DNA of 64,000 nucleotides, from NCBI GenBank assembly GCA_038496445.1, contig JALMLS010000093.1, positions 124,001 through 188,000 on the forward strand. The letters are read 5' to 3'. A model generated the notes under the pieces. That model did no database searches, had not been told where the DNA came from, and saw only the letters and a program-made list of their open reading frames with translations. Below, piece by piece: positions 26,104-39,230 of this stretch. Made by a program: the position numbers and the translations under genes. The DNA comes from Trichosphaerium sp. ATCC 40318. Taxonomy: Eukaryota > Protista > Tubulinea. Position 1 is the stretch's first letter; every line of letters starts with the position of its first letter.

Positions 26104-27410
26104 TTAGTTGCATCCCTTCCATATGAATAAGTCTGGGACCCGCTGCTTACCGTCAAACCCTCCAAAAATGGCAGCGCCTTCTTTAACTGGGCAAGCTGCA
26201 ATCCATCCTCTAGAAAATAATTATTTTCATGCGGTCGCAATGCACGTGGTTTTGTACCTTGGTTTTGGGGTCGTGCTGTCCTGTGGTACTTTGCTCCAAG
26301 TTCTGGTAGCGGTGTCCAGTACAAATCCATCATTTGTAAACTGACCCGAACCCATATGACCTACAACATACTTGTATTATGCATCTCGTTAAGTTTATTT
26401 AATTCGGTTGAATGTAGTACCTTGGTCTTTTGGAGCAGGCTTAACCTCACCGCCCCATACAAATACGTTTCCGTTTTGTAAGAGACAACTGCCAAACTAC
26501 GCACAAGTACTGTATTAGTATCCTACCATTGATTTCTGGCTTACCACGCTCCTGGGACAAGGGGCTGTCCCTTTGCTGTCCATTTTGGACCACACGCTTG
26601 TCTTGATATCGAGAGCGTACACGTCGCCAAGCTCCTCACCATTGAAGCCGAATAATACGAAAACGGTGCTGTCAGTGGCTACAATGCTGGCGCCCCCTCT
26701 TTGACCAGGGGATGGACCGGTTGCTTCGATGCATGTCCATGACTATGGCAAGTGGTAAGCACCAATTAAAGATAGTTATCTGAGTTGGGCAGGCGTGGTG
26801 ACCTTAAAAAGAAATACCTTGGTTTGCGTGTCAAATTGCCACAGATCGTCCCATCTACCACCACCTTGTTTGCAGCCGCCGAATACGAAGATTCTGGTTC
26901 CATTGGAGGTCATTGCTTGATAGGATCTTGGCTACACGTGCATGTCAATGCAAGCGACATGAATATGTGGGCGTACAGGTGGTGGATTTTGGCAGTCTAT
27001 TGCGTTCCAAGTGTTGTTTGCAGTGTCGAACACAAAAAAGTCATTAAGCTCTTTCGCAGGTACAGCAGTTCTACCTCCAAATACGTAGCTTGTGACGTGT
27101 TAGCACTCTGTTTTTGGATATAAATGCGTACATCGACTTTTCGACAACGGCAGCGCTGTGAGCAACGCGTAGAGATGGTGCTTGTCCTATTTACCGACCA
27201 ATTTAGAAAAAACCGTAAATTTGCCCGTGCACCTTTAGTTTCGGCGGTGCTCCAAGTTTTGGTGTTCATATCGTAGGCGTGAACTTGACTGCCTATCGGG
27301 ACACGTGGTACATTCTCGCCTCCAAATACGTACAGGACGCCATCGACGCAGCTAACAGAGTGAGAACTTCGCCCAACAGGGCCTTTTGGTGCTGTTGCTT
27401 GACTCCACAT
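26104..27410 (-). CDS. Kelch-repeat protein (nitrile-specifier-protein-like beta-propeller)
   Basis: GPVGRSSHSVSCVDGVLYVFGGENVPRVP, PRSYQAM...FVFGGC, PGQRGGA, YVWGGEV, PRGWIAA...IFGGFDG; stop TAA at 26104-26106. Confidence 0.85.
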
Positions 27411-27508
27411 TTTGTTGCTAACACGTAGCGGAACTATTTTGACATATGAGCTTATTTTATTTTAATTAGCCCAATAGCTGGCTTGTATTTTTTTTACAAA
27501 AAGATGTT

Positions 27509-30500
27509 CTAAATCGCAACGACAGACGACGGCAACAAAGTAAATCTGTACACCCCTGTATTTGACCGCTTCAAACGTGATGTACGTTCTGATGCTCTGG
27601 TTTTTTGCAATTAGCTTTGGAACGCATTGATGGAATTAAATGTTGGTACCTTTTAGAAGTGACTATGAGCTCCCACAAATCGTCTACCATAACTCGATTT
27701 ATGTTAAAATAACCATGGAACTGTGAGTTCATGTTTCTGTCCAGATCTGACGTGTCAACGACATCCATGTCAATCTTTCCGCCGAGGAACCCTGATTTGA
27801 TGGATGCAACTAACAGTCGTGTAAGTGTTAATTAAATAAAATTAAACCGGCTTGTGCTATGTGTTTAATATGTCCACGTGTGGTTATTTATATCAACAAC
27901 AAACCAGAACTAGACGTACTGCCAAAGTTCTTTTGCCTGGTGAGAGTGCCTGATGCTTTTACAGCAATGTCTCGCGAGTCAGCGTATAAAGTGATATTTT
28001 GTGTGTACTTGAAGGTATATTAGTTCTGGTGCAAACAAAGAGGGCGCGGTGTACCGGTTTGACGTCATCGTAGTCGTGTACAAATGTTGAAAATTCGTAT
28101 TCCGGGTTGAGGAAGATGAGGTTTCTGAGTTCTATCCTTCTGTCGTTGACTGGCTCTGTGTTGATGCTAAGGCGACTGTTTAATTAATGTCAAAATCCAG
28201 TAACGCTTGTAAGGAGAGCGTTTGTTTTGCAAATACCCGCTTGGTTGTGCACGAGGGAATTGATGCTCTTCTTCAGACTCATCGGATAGCATAGAACCTA
28301 GGAACGCACCGGGCTGTCGTGAGAATATTGACTTTGTCGTTGCAAATGATCGGAGGAAGAACCGAGCGCCCAAACTAACATGCGCGAAAGCGCGGTTAAA
28401 AAACTAGATGGTGTAGAATGCTGCGGACCTGTGGCACATTATGTGCAAGATCTTAATACCAGCGACCTCCAAGCACTTGAGGAATCGCTTAAAATCTCTA
28501 TGTGTATCATTGTCTAGGCGCGAATCAGATGTTAATTCTCTCTGGTTGCAAAAAAAAAAGGCAAGAAAGTGAGGTTGGGTAGCGTACCAGATGCTTGGTT
28601 GTGTGCGCACCAATATAGCAATGGACTTGTAGCGCTTGGCCAGTTGAATACAAATGGGCGAATGTGCTTTGGAAAGTTGCCTAGCGCCAAGAACTGACCA
28701 AATCGCTTCAATGCGTCATTCAAATCATGGTACAATCTAACGCGTGGTTAGACATGTGTGTGGGTTGGTAATGTGTTAAGAATTGTTGCTGGGTTTACCC
28801 GTGTATGAACAGTATACCCTCAGAGCCACCAGTAGGTATCCATTCCTTATCCAAAACCATCTTGTGTCCTAAATTTACCTCGTATAAGCACAACAGGAAG
28901 GGTTTATAGGAGCTTGAAGCGCTTACCACCAGGTTCCCGGTTTTCCAAAGAGATTGTGACCGAGTTAACGTCCTTGGAGGATGGCTGGAATCCAGTGACC
29001 TGTATTTGGTGATCCTTTTGGTTGATGGACAAGCCCAACGATGTCTACGCTCAATGGCAAGGTGTTAACTTTCAAAAAACAATACAAATAAAAAAATAAA
29101 GCCAAACAAGACGCACCAGCTCTTTTTCATCGTCAATGTGCAGCCACGCTTTTTTTTCAAGTAATTCTTTGATTGCGTTGCGACCTAGATACTATTTAGG
29201 TGGCGCGTATGTTATCCACACTGTGGCGTCATAGGCCAACACGTGCTGACAAGTGTGAGTGCTGACAGCCGTACCTGCCCTTCCTCTCTTCACTTCTGTT
29301 GGCCCTGTGATGAACTTTACAATAGGATACCCCTTTTGGTACACAGCGTCAGTTGTTTGTTACAGGTCGTACATAACAAAGTGTCCCAAGTAGTAAGTAC
29401 CTTAAAAAAATTGCCAGAAACACATGTTTCTGAGCATGCTACGCCAACTTTGAGTGCTGTCTTTTCGATCCACCACCGCCCTCCAGCGTTAGTCGCGAAT
29501 ACAATTCTAATACAGAATGTCAGTGAGTCTGGGCGGTGATTTGTATAGTGCGTGGAGTCTAACCTTAGGTTGACGAGCATGTTCTTGGTATCACTCTCCA
29601 TGGATTCAAACGGACCCAGAGGCGTGCCGTTCTCCCAATACCCCTTCAAATATTCGCCTTGAAACGATGTATCGATCCAAGTGCCTCTGCCATGAGGTTT
29701 GCCATCTTTGACTTGCCCGGCGTATATGCACTTCTGCCTAGAGTCGCCAAAGAACGATCGCACTTCGATTTCGTAGTGATCACGTGTACCATTTTCAGTG
29801 TCCACCACTGAATGTGTCGGCATGATAGCGCCAGTGCAGGTATAGAATGCCCTTTTAAAACAAAGATTGAGTTGGTCTTTAAATGGATTCGGGATAATGG
29901 AGGGTTGTGATCCCACCCCAGTCCTATTGGTTAACATACCGTATGACCATTGGATAAATCACAAAGAGTATGCTTACGAGCAAGAACATCCCCACTCCGC
30001 CAAGGAGGAGCGGTACATAAGCCTAAATATATGTTACCCATTGTTAATACATGGTTTCTTATGGTTCTTGTTTATGGGTCGTTGGGTGTGCGTACCCTGG
30101 CATCGTAGTACATGGAGAATATAAAAAAGATAAATAAACAACCATAAGTTATAAAGAACAAAACGCGCAGCAGCCACCCCACCATTGGAGAAAGTACTCC
30201 TGTTGCTATAGATACAAATGCCATGAGTATAAACTCTAGTGGTGGTAAGCAAAGCACAGCAAAAAACAAAAAGATGACCAACTGTCACATAGAGATAAAT
30301 AACATCATATAGTCATTTTTTTTGTATGAGCCTATTGCAGTTCTTATTCGTCCAAAAACGCACCCAGGATGTAGTTATCGACGCGTTTGAAGAGCGCGAT
30401 TTGTAAGCCGAGGTATACTGCAAACAAGAGGGCATAGAGGATGACGTATTCTATAGACCAACTTCTGGGTCTGCCATAAGATGCTCTTAGAAGTCTGTTC

Positions 30501-31064
30501 CACTGCCGACGTTTCATAATCCAGAACGTCCTAAACTGCGTCAGGATATTGATGCAATCAAAGTAAACAACGTACTGCTCCAGTTCAGCGTACAACGGCT
30601 TCTTCGGCTTCGACAGCAATGACGTCCTCTCTGAGCGTGATCGTCCAGAAGCGGCCGAGCGACGCTTTACCGACGGTATTCTTAAGGAAAAGCGCTTTTT
30701 GCTGTTCGCTTTTCTGTTGCGTATTTCTTCTTCGTCAGAATCGCTTGTTGAGGATGTATTTATCACTTTAACGGGTCAGGTGAGGGTTACTACGCTGTTT
30801 GAAGTGAAGGGTGATGGTACCCAAATATTTGAAAAAAGGGTGCTGAACAGCTTTTACAAAAAAATTAATATGAAAAGTCGTACTACCACTCTCCTTGTCT
30901 CCGTTCTTATTACGCTTGCGTGTACCAATAACGCCTGAAACTGTTTTTCTTGAAGGTGTAAACGTTGTTTCATTGCGTGTGTTGCTTTTAGGCGTGGTTT
31001 GGTCGATAGGAACAATTATTGGGTTCTCAACGCTATCATCTCCTGGTTTTTCATTGGTACTCAT
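27509..31064 (-). CDS. Multi-pass membrane protein with MORN-like segment and C-terminal alpha/beta-hydrolase (DUF900-like) domain
   Basis: TM-rich exons at 29950-30460; YAGQVKDGKPHGRGTW...LKGYWENGTPLGP; ILFIHG...FVFNWPS and nucleophile elbow HIMCHSLGAR. Confidence 0.7.
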
Positions 31065-31385
31065 TGTTTTATCAACTTCACACTGCCATTTGGCGCTATA
31101 GGTTGAGGGACAGACTAATATTGAGCTTTGGTAATGCAGCTTATCGCGTTGACATTTTGGTGACTTAACCACACCCCGCTTTGTCGCATTCAACCAACAA
31201 GATAGAGCTACAAATATAGGTGTAGTGAATTCCTTGTCAAGTTGGGTGGCACGTGCTAAGGTCCTCGATGCCATTGGGTTTAACTACGTGTTAATATAGG
31301 GTTGTGAACGTAAAATACATCCAAGTAGAGTACAGTCTATGTTATTGTACAGTTAATTGCAATTGTTAATCAATAAGTCCCAGCA

Positions 31386-34300
31386 CTAGCTGTCAGGAAG
31401 TATAACTGTTGCTGTGATACGACCTTCAGGGTCAACGTGCTTTCTCTTCTTGACAGAACGGCTCCAGTACTCGTAGAATAAGTTGTCTTTTTTACAGTTG
31501 TCAAGCACAGACGGCGTTAGGTGTCGTTTGCGCGCCAAGTTCCAGCCTTAAACAAAAAGTTAGTAAGAGCTCGTGCAAGAATGTTTGGTACTACTTGCCT
31601 GATTCTAAACCACGTATGTCCTTTCGTACATCTATCACCACAAATAGTCAGATGAAAAACACGCTGGTTTGATAATAAGGGCGGTACGTACTCTTGTAGT
31701 TGCGCTGTATGGTATTGAATTGTCGCTTGATGCTTTCTTGCTTAGTCTTGGGTTGTTTTTCGTCTTCAGGCCACCAAAACAGAGAGTGCTTCAATTCATC
31801 TGCAGTTTTGGATACGGTTTGTGGTTTGTTGTTCGTTTGGGACACTTGTCTGCGCCTATCCAGTGTCATTGTGTTGGGTGTGAGATTGGTCATTTCCTGC
31901 AATATCCGTTGGTGCAGTGGTGAGTGCTGGCAAACGTCTACCAACTGGTACAACTCTCTCCACACTCTGTGGTCAACATCGTGAGCAAATGGGGACCTGT
32001 GTAAAAAAAAAAAGGAAAAAAAATGTAATCGGGTTGCTTGCCTCTGATAATTGTCTTTTCGTTGACCTACTGTAATTTTTGTGGTGAAGCATTTCCCTTC
32101 ATTATCAGCCATGTACGACCGAAATGTTTGCAATATCTACGTGAGTAAGTAAATGGGTTGTTGCATTTAGTAGTGCTTACCTGCTCAGCCTCCTCTACAT
32201 CAACAAGATCGATGTGCTGGACCGCAAAAACGTCAACATGGGGGGAAACAAATCTTTGTGCAAATGCTCGTAGTACCTTGTTGACAAGTATGCCCTTGGT
32301 CAGGGGTAGGAGTAGATTTCTAAGTGCGTCTGTATGACCCGTGGTACGGAAGAGTAATGTGTCCTTTTCTCTGAATGGGAAAAATCTGGTAGAGAGCTCA
32401 AGTGCATGTGTTGTGCTGTACATTAGGGCCGGTTCTTTTTCGCTATTTGCAATCTTGATGGCCTACAGGTGGGGTAAATATTGCAATCATGCTATATTTG
32501 TTGGATTGCATACAGCTCTAGTGTTGACAGTCGTCATCGCTTGCTTGGCCGCATCTTTGTCATTGAATTCAAATGAGTTATCGTCAATCAACTCTGTCAA
32601 TCCCTAATTGCCTCAACAATGAGCTGGATGGCGGTGTTTACCAAAATATTTAGCGTACCCCGACGCGATATGCTTCTCTTGCACCACCGACTTTAACTAT
32701 ATTGTAAAGTTCCAAAGGTAGCTTTTTGAGCGTGAGATTGTCTTTGTAAAGAGCGTGAATGTATATGTCATTGTCTGGGCCTTGGACTTGCAGGACATGC
32801 GACATTGGACTCTTTGCAACGGTTTCTAAACATTTGTTTAGGGCACTGCAACAATACCACAAATAAAAGGTATAGGACGCACTATCAGGATTTGGTATAG
32901 CCAAAGCGACAGGTTTACCACCAATAATGTGTTTAATAAATGCCATGGTTTCCAGAGATTGTGGCTAGACCACACAATCCGAGTTAGTACGACCAAATAT
33001 AATTGGCTTTCTGCAATTTAAAAAGGAACGTACTATTAATGGCGTTATCCGGTGGATTGATGATGTAGGGAGTGTGTTCATATCTGTGTGGAAGTTATTT
33101 TTATAAATGACCACAAAAACCAAAGAGATGTAATATTGTGTTGGCGCCTAATCCTCACCTAGCGTTCTATCAACCGTCTTCCATAATACATGGGTTTCGC
33201 GCTTTTGTCGCCACTGTCCTGACCCCAGCTTGTTGGAGTGGTGTGTATAGTCTTGGTGCAAGATTAGTATTTTTTTTTTGTACATGTTGGCCGGTACATA
33301 CAGCTGTCCACCTGAGAAAAGCTCTGAAATAAAAGTACGACATTGTATTGTGGTTTTTTACGCTCTTCTCTCTCTTTCTGATCCTTTATAGGTATACCAG
33401 TGATGCGCAAGCTTCGCAAGTTGAAGTGAGACACTGCCAAGTCTACAAATGCGTCTCGAAGCAGTTTAGGTCGTATGAAATTGCACTCGACAGATAGGAA
33501 TGGTGTCAACTGGGTCAGGGTAATTAGAAACCATGCACGTGTGGTTTATGATACGTACTGTTACTGGTGTAAATGATGGATTTGATTTGACCTTAATTTT
33601 AACACGTTGACCCTCAGCATCTGCAAACTGTAAGAAAAATTGTCTTCTGCAAAAAAACTGTTTCTGTTACAACGTGCCGACAGTAGTTACGCCTTTGTCT
33701 GAGGTTACTAGCATCAAAACCAGGTCACAATGCTCAATGGAGTGTTTTGTGCTACTACTATGTGCACGTGTAAGCATGATAAACTAGTAGTTTTGATTGA
33801 TTGGTGCCTTTGTTTCCTGCAATTGTCGTTGTGTGCTGCTATCAGCTGTGATACCTTCTCTGGTATGTTTATGACCGTGGTGGGGCCGTCTCTGTATCTG
33901 GAGACACGTGATTAATTCACGTGTATAAAAGAAGGTGATCGTACTTCTGAAACACATCAGTGCCTGTATCCTCAGGCGACTTCTGTATGACGCATATCAA
34001 ACGCGTTCGAAGTGGTCGTAGAGGCTCTGCAAACACCAAATTAAGACCAGTTGCTTGCAATTACCGTACGCGTAGTAGTATCAGTGGAGGCAGTAACGCC
34101 CAGTGCTGGGATGATCGCCTGTAGCGCCGGTGACAGCTTACTCTCTTTGCTGCCGTTAACTCCTTTAAATCCTCTCATGACCTACTGTATGGTTGGGGTG
34201 GGTAAGGAAGCATCTCGTGCCTTTTCAAGGTGTTGATCATCGTCAGCCCATGTGTTAATCTGTTTAACGCCAAACGACCCACAAGCCACGCACATCTACA

Positions 34301-34587
34301 ATAATTATCAATGCGTAAATATGGTGAGTGAATGCCGTACAAGCGAGTTTGTTGTAGCAAGATCAAACTTAATTCGCCCATACTCTATTATGGCCTCCAC
34401 AGAGGAAGCCAGGGCACTTTTTTTACATGATAAGCGATATTTGCGTCGTGAGCGGTCTTTAATTGCTAAGCGTATATTAGATACAATGGTATGATATCAT
34501 ACTAATACCAAGGCCATATGGTTTCGTTTTTAGAGGTTCTTCTTTGCAATTTAGCAATATGATGGTCCTATCCACCTGGTTGTCCAT
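31386..34587 (-). CDS. INTS13: Integrator complex subunit 13 (Asunder) homolog
   Basis: KSALASSVEAIIEYGRIKFDL, LAVSHFNLRSLRITGIPIKD...YNVVLL, SHVL...DIYIHAL and C-terminal NLFYEYWSR...KHVDPEGR match recalled Asunder blocks in order. Confidence 0.72.
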
Positions 34588-34850
34588 AGAATTGATACCA
34601 AGCGCCAACAATGGGCTATACTGTGATGAGGTATAGAGGTTGTTTTCCTTGCGAGTCAAATTAAGTGAATCAATCATGTCACAGTTTTCTCACATTCCAA
34701 ATTGGTTGAATACAACATACGATGGGCTTGCTTTAAGAACCCTTAAAGAACAATTTTTTTGGTTGTTTGGGTAAATTGACTGTTTTTTTTTTTATTTTGG
34801 GATTGTACATTGTTGTTGATTGCCCCTATTTTACACGTGGTTTGATTTGA

Positions 34851-35806
34851 TTAAAACAAGCCAGTCTGAGCTTCAAAAGCGCACCGGCGTCTCCATCCTC
34901 CTCCGGCAGAACCGCCAGCACGGCGCCTCTTCATGATGAGTTCTTGACTTGGCTTTACTATGCCTTCATTCGGCAAGCTTTTATCTACAGGTCTTGACAA
35001 TTCAATAACTTGCACTACGTTTTGCCTCATTCCAGGTGTATACGACACACTCTGTGCTGATTTACGTTGTGTAGGTGCTTTTATGCTAAAGAGATCTGTG
35101 TCGCCTTGATTGTTGTCCTCAATAGTCTGAGCGATTGTTCTGCTCATCTGCACCAAGTCTGTCGTCTTAAGGGCGCCATAAGACAAGTTTTCGAGTGTCT
35201 CACGCTTTTTGTCTCTCCTTGTTACAAGGCGCACACCTACAAAACGGTTTTTTGGCACAAACGTTTTTAAAGTAGTTAAAAATAAATGTCAACTACCTTC
35301 TTCCAATAAGTATTTCTGTTTAATTTGTTGTAATTCGTCAGCTGTCACCTGGAATGATTCGTTAGGTCATGTCATCAACTTGATTGAACACCCGGAATGT
35401 CAGCATACTTTTGTATGTTTCCGTCGCTCTATGAAGTGCACGTGCTCTGTTGCATACTCCTGCAAGTACTCATACGTTTTCTTTTTTTCGATGTTATTTT
35501 CCAAGTTGTAAACTGCTCGAAGCGGTTAACACTGTGCGTTATGGTTTCTTAGCGTACTAATTTGATCCCTGAGCTCTAAATAATTATTGTACTCCTCTGC
35601 TGTATCGAAGTTCTCTCGAAGTTGATTAAACCTATGTATAATGAGCTAAGCGTTTACAATTATGCTCAATACGTTTTGCAAACCACTTTTCTGGCTTTTC
35701 TGGCTTTAACTACGTCATTTTGTATTTCTCTTTGCTTTGCCTCAAGTTCTAGTGCTGCGGTGTCCTTTTCAGGAGCGTCAGTCATCACCTGATCTGTGTC
35801 TTCCAT
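34851..35806 (-). CDS. MNAT1: CDK-activating kinase assembly factor MAT1-like (no RING finger)
   Basis: FNQLRENFDTAEEYNNYLELRDQI...VYNL and C-terminal RAGG...RRCAFEAQTGLF, both typical of the MAT1 domain. Confidence 0.75.
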
Positions 35807-35932
35807 GGTTTGATTGTTTTTACTTTACTTTTCAGTGAGTATTCAAAAATCTCGACTATCGCTTAAACCGCTGACACTTCACACTTGAGGACATTCAAAG
35901 CGCATTGAACACGTAGTGATTAAAGCAACGAT

Positions 35933-36854
35933 ATGGCGTACGTTATCAAACAACGCAAAAATAACAAATCTGAACTGGTACCGCGTAAAACAACGCTAAA
36001 AAACGGAGTCGAAGTGATTGTGGACTATGTTAAAGAATCTGACTTTGAGGTATGCTATTTTGCCTGTGTATCAGTCGTAACAGCGTGTAGGCCTGTAGAA
36101 CAATGCTAAATCAAGTACCTCAGCGTAATCTCGCTCTCACTAAGTGTAATTTTAGGTAATAGAAGAAGGTACAAGCTGACTTGCCCCAAAAGTTAAAAAT
36201 CAAAAAATTATTTATTTGACGCGGCAGGCATGACGTATCCGTACTTGGATACGCTTGACGTTAAGGACTTTCACGCGTATTTCCTTGCTGCAGATGCATT
36301 TGTTGCAAAGGATACAGCAGTAAGTGTTGGCACGTGAATGTCAATTTACAAGCCGCTAGACATCAAAAATCTTGGGTACATTTTACATAAAGCCTAACTT
36401 TCCTGGACGCTGCAGCCACATTTGTACACATATTTATCACTTGAAAGAATGGTCACTCATTTGAAAATAGGTAATGGAGGCTTTATTGTTGCACCTGCAG
36501 CACGGGGCAATGGTAAGCAGCCTATACACTTTACACTTTTGTGTTCATTATTTCTAGGACTTGGTCGTTTTTTGGCTCAAGTATACTTACAAGTAGCCAA
36601 GGTAGGGTAACACATCAAAGCTTGCTAATATCATGGTAGGATATTGGATACCGGGCAAGCATGTTTAATTTGGTTTATGTATCCAATAAAGCAAGTGTTC
36701 ATTTGTGGGAAACCATGGGTTTTAAACATATTGGCACAATACCTAATGCTGCTTTATTGAAGGTAAATTTAATTATCAATTTATATTTAAATATGTCTAG
36801 GATGGCAATTATCATGATGCCAGACAGTATTTTTTTAGTTTTGTTGATAATTAA
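35933..36854 (+). CDS. GNAT N-acetyltransferase (Mpr1/L-azetidine-2-carboxylate acetyltransferase-like)
   Basis: EEGMTYPY, LGTFYIKPNFPGRCSHIGNGGFIVAPAARGNGLGR, GYRASMFNLVYVSNKASVHLWETMGFKHIGTIPNAA. Confidence 0.85.
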
Positions 36855-37039
36855 TAAATACTTTTGTCAGCCTCTGGCTATAGAATTACTTCTGCCTTGG
36901 TTTGAATATACCTCTCCTTCCCCCTATTGTTGATACTTATGGAATTTTTCCATTTTAACAAAACTGTCATCAGAACATTTTACTTTTCTGATCCAATTTT
37001 GTTTGGATGAAATATTTCCAAAAGATTTACAATCACAAT

Positions 37040-37213
37040 TATCCTGGCATTTACAATGCCCTGAACATGCAATATGTGTGTCTTTGCATGTTTTTTTTGC
37101 ATGCTTCAACATACCTGTAGCATGCCATATGCATGTTTTGTGTGTTCCACTGGAAAATATGCATGCCCAAATCACCCAAAACATACAATTTGTATTGTCT
37201 GATTCCACCACTG
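37040..37213. mobile_element. Decayed right end of a family-B TIR element
   Basis: cccaaaacatacaatttgtattgtctgattccaccactg is a CpG-decayed copy of the terminus at about 42700-42741. 37362-37470 also matches internal sequence at about 41866-42010. Confidence 0.65.
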
Positions 37214-38086
37214 CAATGCATAATAAAGCCTGTGATTCTTGTTTTGCAGGTGGTGTAAAACCAAGAAGATATTGGTAACAATCTCAACATTTGACAGTGA
37301 TGAAACTGGATGATACATTAATGAAACATTTGCATACTTCAACATAAAGGAAAAGTCCAACCAAACTCAAAACTCAACCATTTTGTCCCAAAACTGATCA
37401 CTAATAATAAAACATGTATTTTCACCCTAGTAAGCAATAGTTATTTTGTATTGGCATGGAAAAATACCCAAAACCTTTTTTTTCCCTTTACCAGCTTGAA
37501 AATATTATGATCAAGTATTTTTTGCCAATTAAACCTAATGGACTGGATGTCTGGTAAATTAATTGTTTATAAATAAAGGTCCAGATTTTTTTTTTAATCT
37601 TGTCCAAAAACTCTAATTTTTTTTATGAGCATACTCCAATACATAACATGTACATGTTTTGTACATGTCAAAAGGATGTAACAGTGTGTTTGCACCAAGA
37701 ACTGCAAGCTCAAGCACACATAGCCTTTTTTCAAGTTCCATTATGTGTTTGTTTGTGTCTTTTGGTGCTATTTCAGGGTTTGGAAGCACACAGTTCAGAT
37801 TTAGCTGTATCAGCCAACAGCTTATCAAGTATCTAAATAGTACTAAATGCAAACAATGCATAAATACTTATGCCTGTTTCAAAGAGTACAACAAGTAATG
37901 CATCTGGTTTGGTTGTTTGTTGCTTAATACTGCATAAAATAGACTGTTTGCTATCATTAGGTTGCAAATACAAGGATAGGAGCTCTTTGGGTACTTTTTT
38001 GCATAAGTACACACCAAAAGCAGGTATTCACTTGTTTTCTGTTGTTCCACTTTACTCCAAGCCTTCCTCAGTAGTGAAATTGGGAT

Positions 38087-38299
38087 TTTGACATGTACAA
38101 TATACGTATGTGGCATGTACTTTTCACACGTACAATATACGTACATGCCATGTACTTTTTCACACGTACAATATACGTATGTGCCACGTACTTTTTCACA
38201 CGTACAATATACGTACGTGCCACGTACTTTTCACACGTACAATATATGTACGTGCCATGTACTTTTTCACATGTACAATATACGTATGTGGCACGTACG
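38087..38299 (+). repeat. Tandem 35-36-bp minisatellite, 6 units (TTTTCACACGTACAATATACGTACGTGCCACGTAC)
   Basis: Directly read contiguous units with no spacers; most differences are CG>TG/CA. Confidence 0.95.
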
Positions 38300-38634
38300 T
38301 GTTACGTACGTATTAAACAAAATAAGTAAAATTGTACAAAAAGAACTGTATCAACAGTTTCTACTATGTACATCATAATAAACCATACTATTGAGAAATT
38401 GTATTTTATTTAACCATTAATTTGGCATGGTATGTTTGTAATGATTTTCCAAATATGTTTTGTTTCCATTGGATCAAGTACTACAGCTGTGTTTCTGATT
38501 ATGTTATTTGCTGTAACAGTACTGTAATCAAGATTTTGGCATATACAAAACCTGTATATGACACATACTTTTGCCTTGTACTGTGACACATACTTTTGAC
38601 ATGTACCTAACCTGCATGTGGTACGTACTTACTC

Positions 38635-39230
38635 AAAGGTATGTTAAAGTATCTGACATTGTCAAACACAACCCAACCCAAACCTACTTTTTTTTTTTTT
38701 TTTTCAAAAAAGGTGGGTTTATTGTGCCAACCCAAACCTACTGATAAAATGGCCTTTTACACTAAAAATTATGTTGATAACAGTTGAAAGGTTCACAAAA
38801 TGCTTAACTCTGTTAGTTCTTTAAGGAGAATCAACAAATCACATGATATTTTGGAGATTTCAAAAAAATTACTTTCTGCCAGACACACAAATAGCCAGTG
38901 TATCCTTTACAATGTCATTGTCTCTTTTTTGAATGAAACTATGCCAAAGCTATTGGAAGTATGTTTGTCAAACATATCTCACCAAATCTAAATGGATGGT
39001 CTGACTATACTTTGAAATATTCATCTAACAAAGAAAAAGCTATACAAAACAGTTTTGTTATGCATTGTATTTGGAAGTGTAGGAATTCTCTTTTTTTTGA
39101 CAATGAAATACCTCCACAAAAAGTCATGTTTTGGCACCAACAAAACATTCTTATTACACTCAATATAAATAACTCTCAATGTGTATCATTGTTAGATGAA
39201 GAAAAATTTACACAGATAGAAATTATGGGA
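38635..39230 (+). mobile_element. Degenerate L1/Tx1-like non-LTR retrotransposon ORF2 C-terminal fragment
   Basis: YVKVSDIVK...HCIWKCRNSLFFDNE...FWHQQNIL; homologous to 41420-41660, 42744-42939 and 43356-43550. Confidence 0.7.
38689..38726 (-). mobile_element. Extremely 5'-truncated LINE insertion (about 22 nt of 3' end plus poly(A))
   Basis: Reverse complement of the LINE 3' end at 43840-43874, flanked by the 16-bp TSD CCAACCCAAACCTACT (38673-38688 / 38727-38742). Confidence 0.85.

Noticed and set aside
26104-27410. Calling the kelch protein a true nitrile-specifier protein
   Set aside because: The similarity is to the kelch propeller family only, and the glucosinolate-related function cannot be inferred from sequence.
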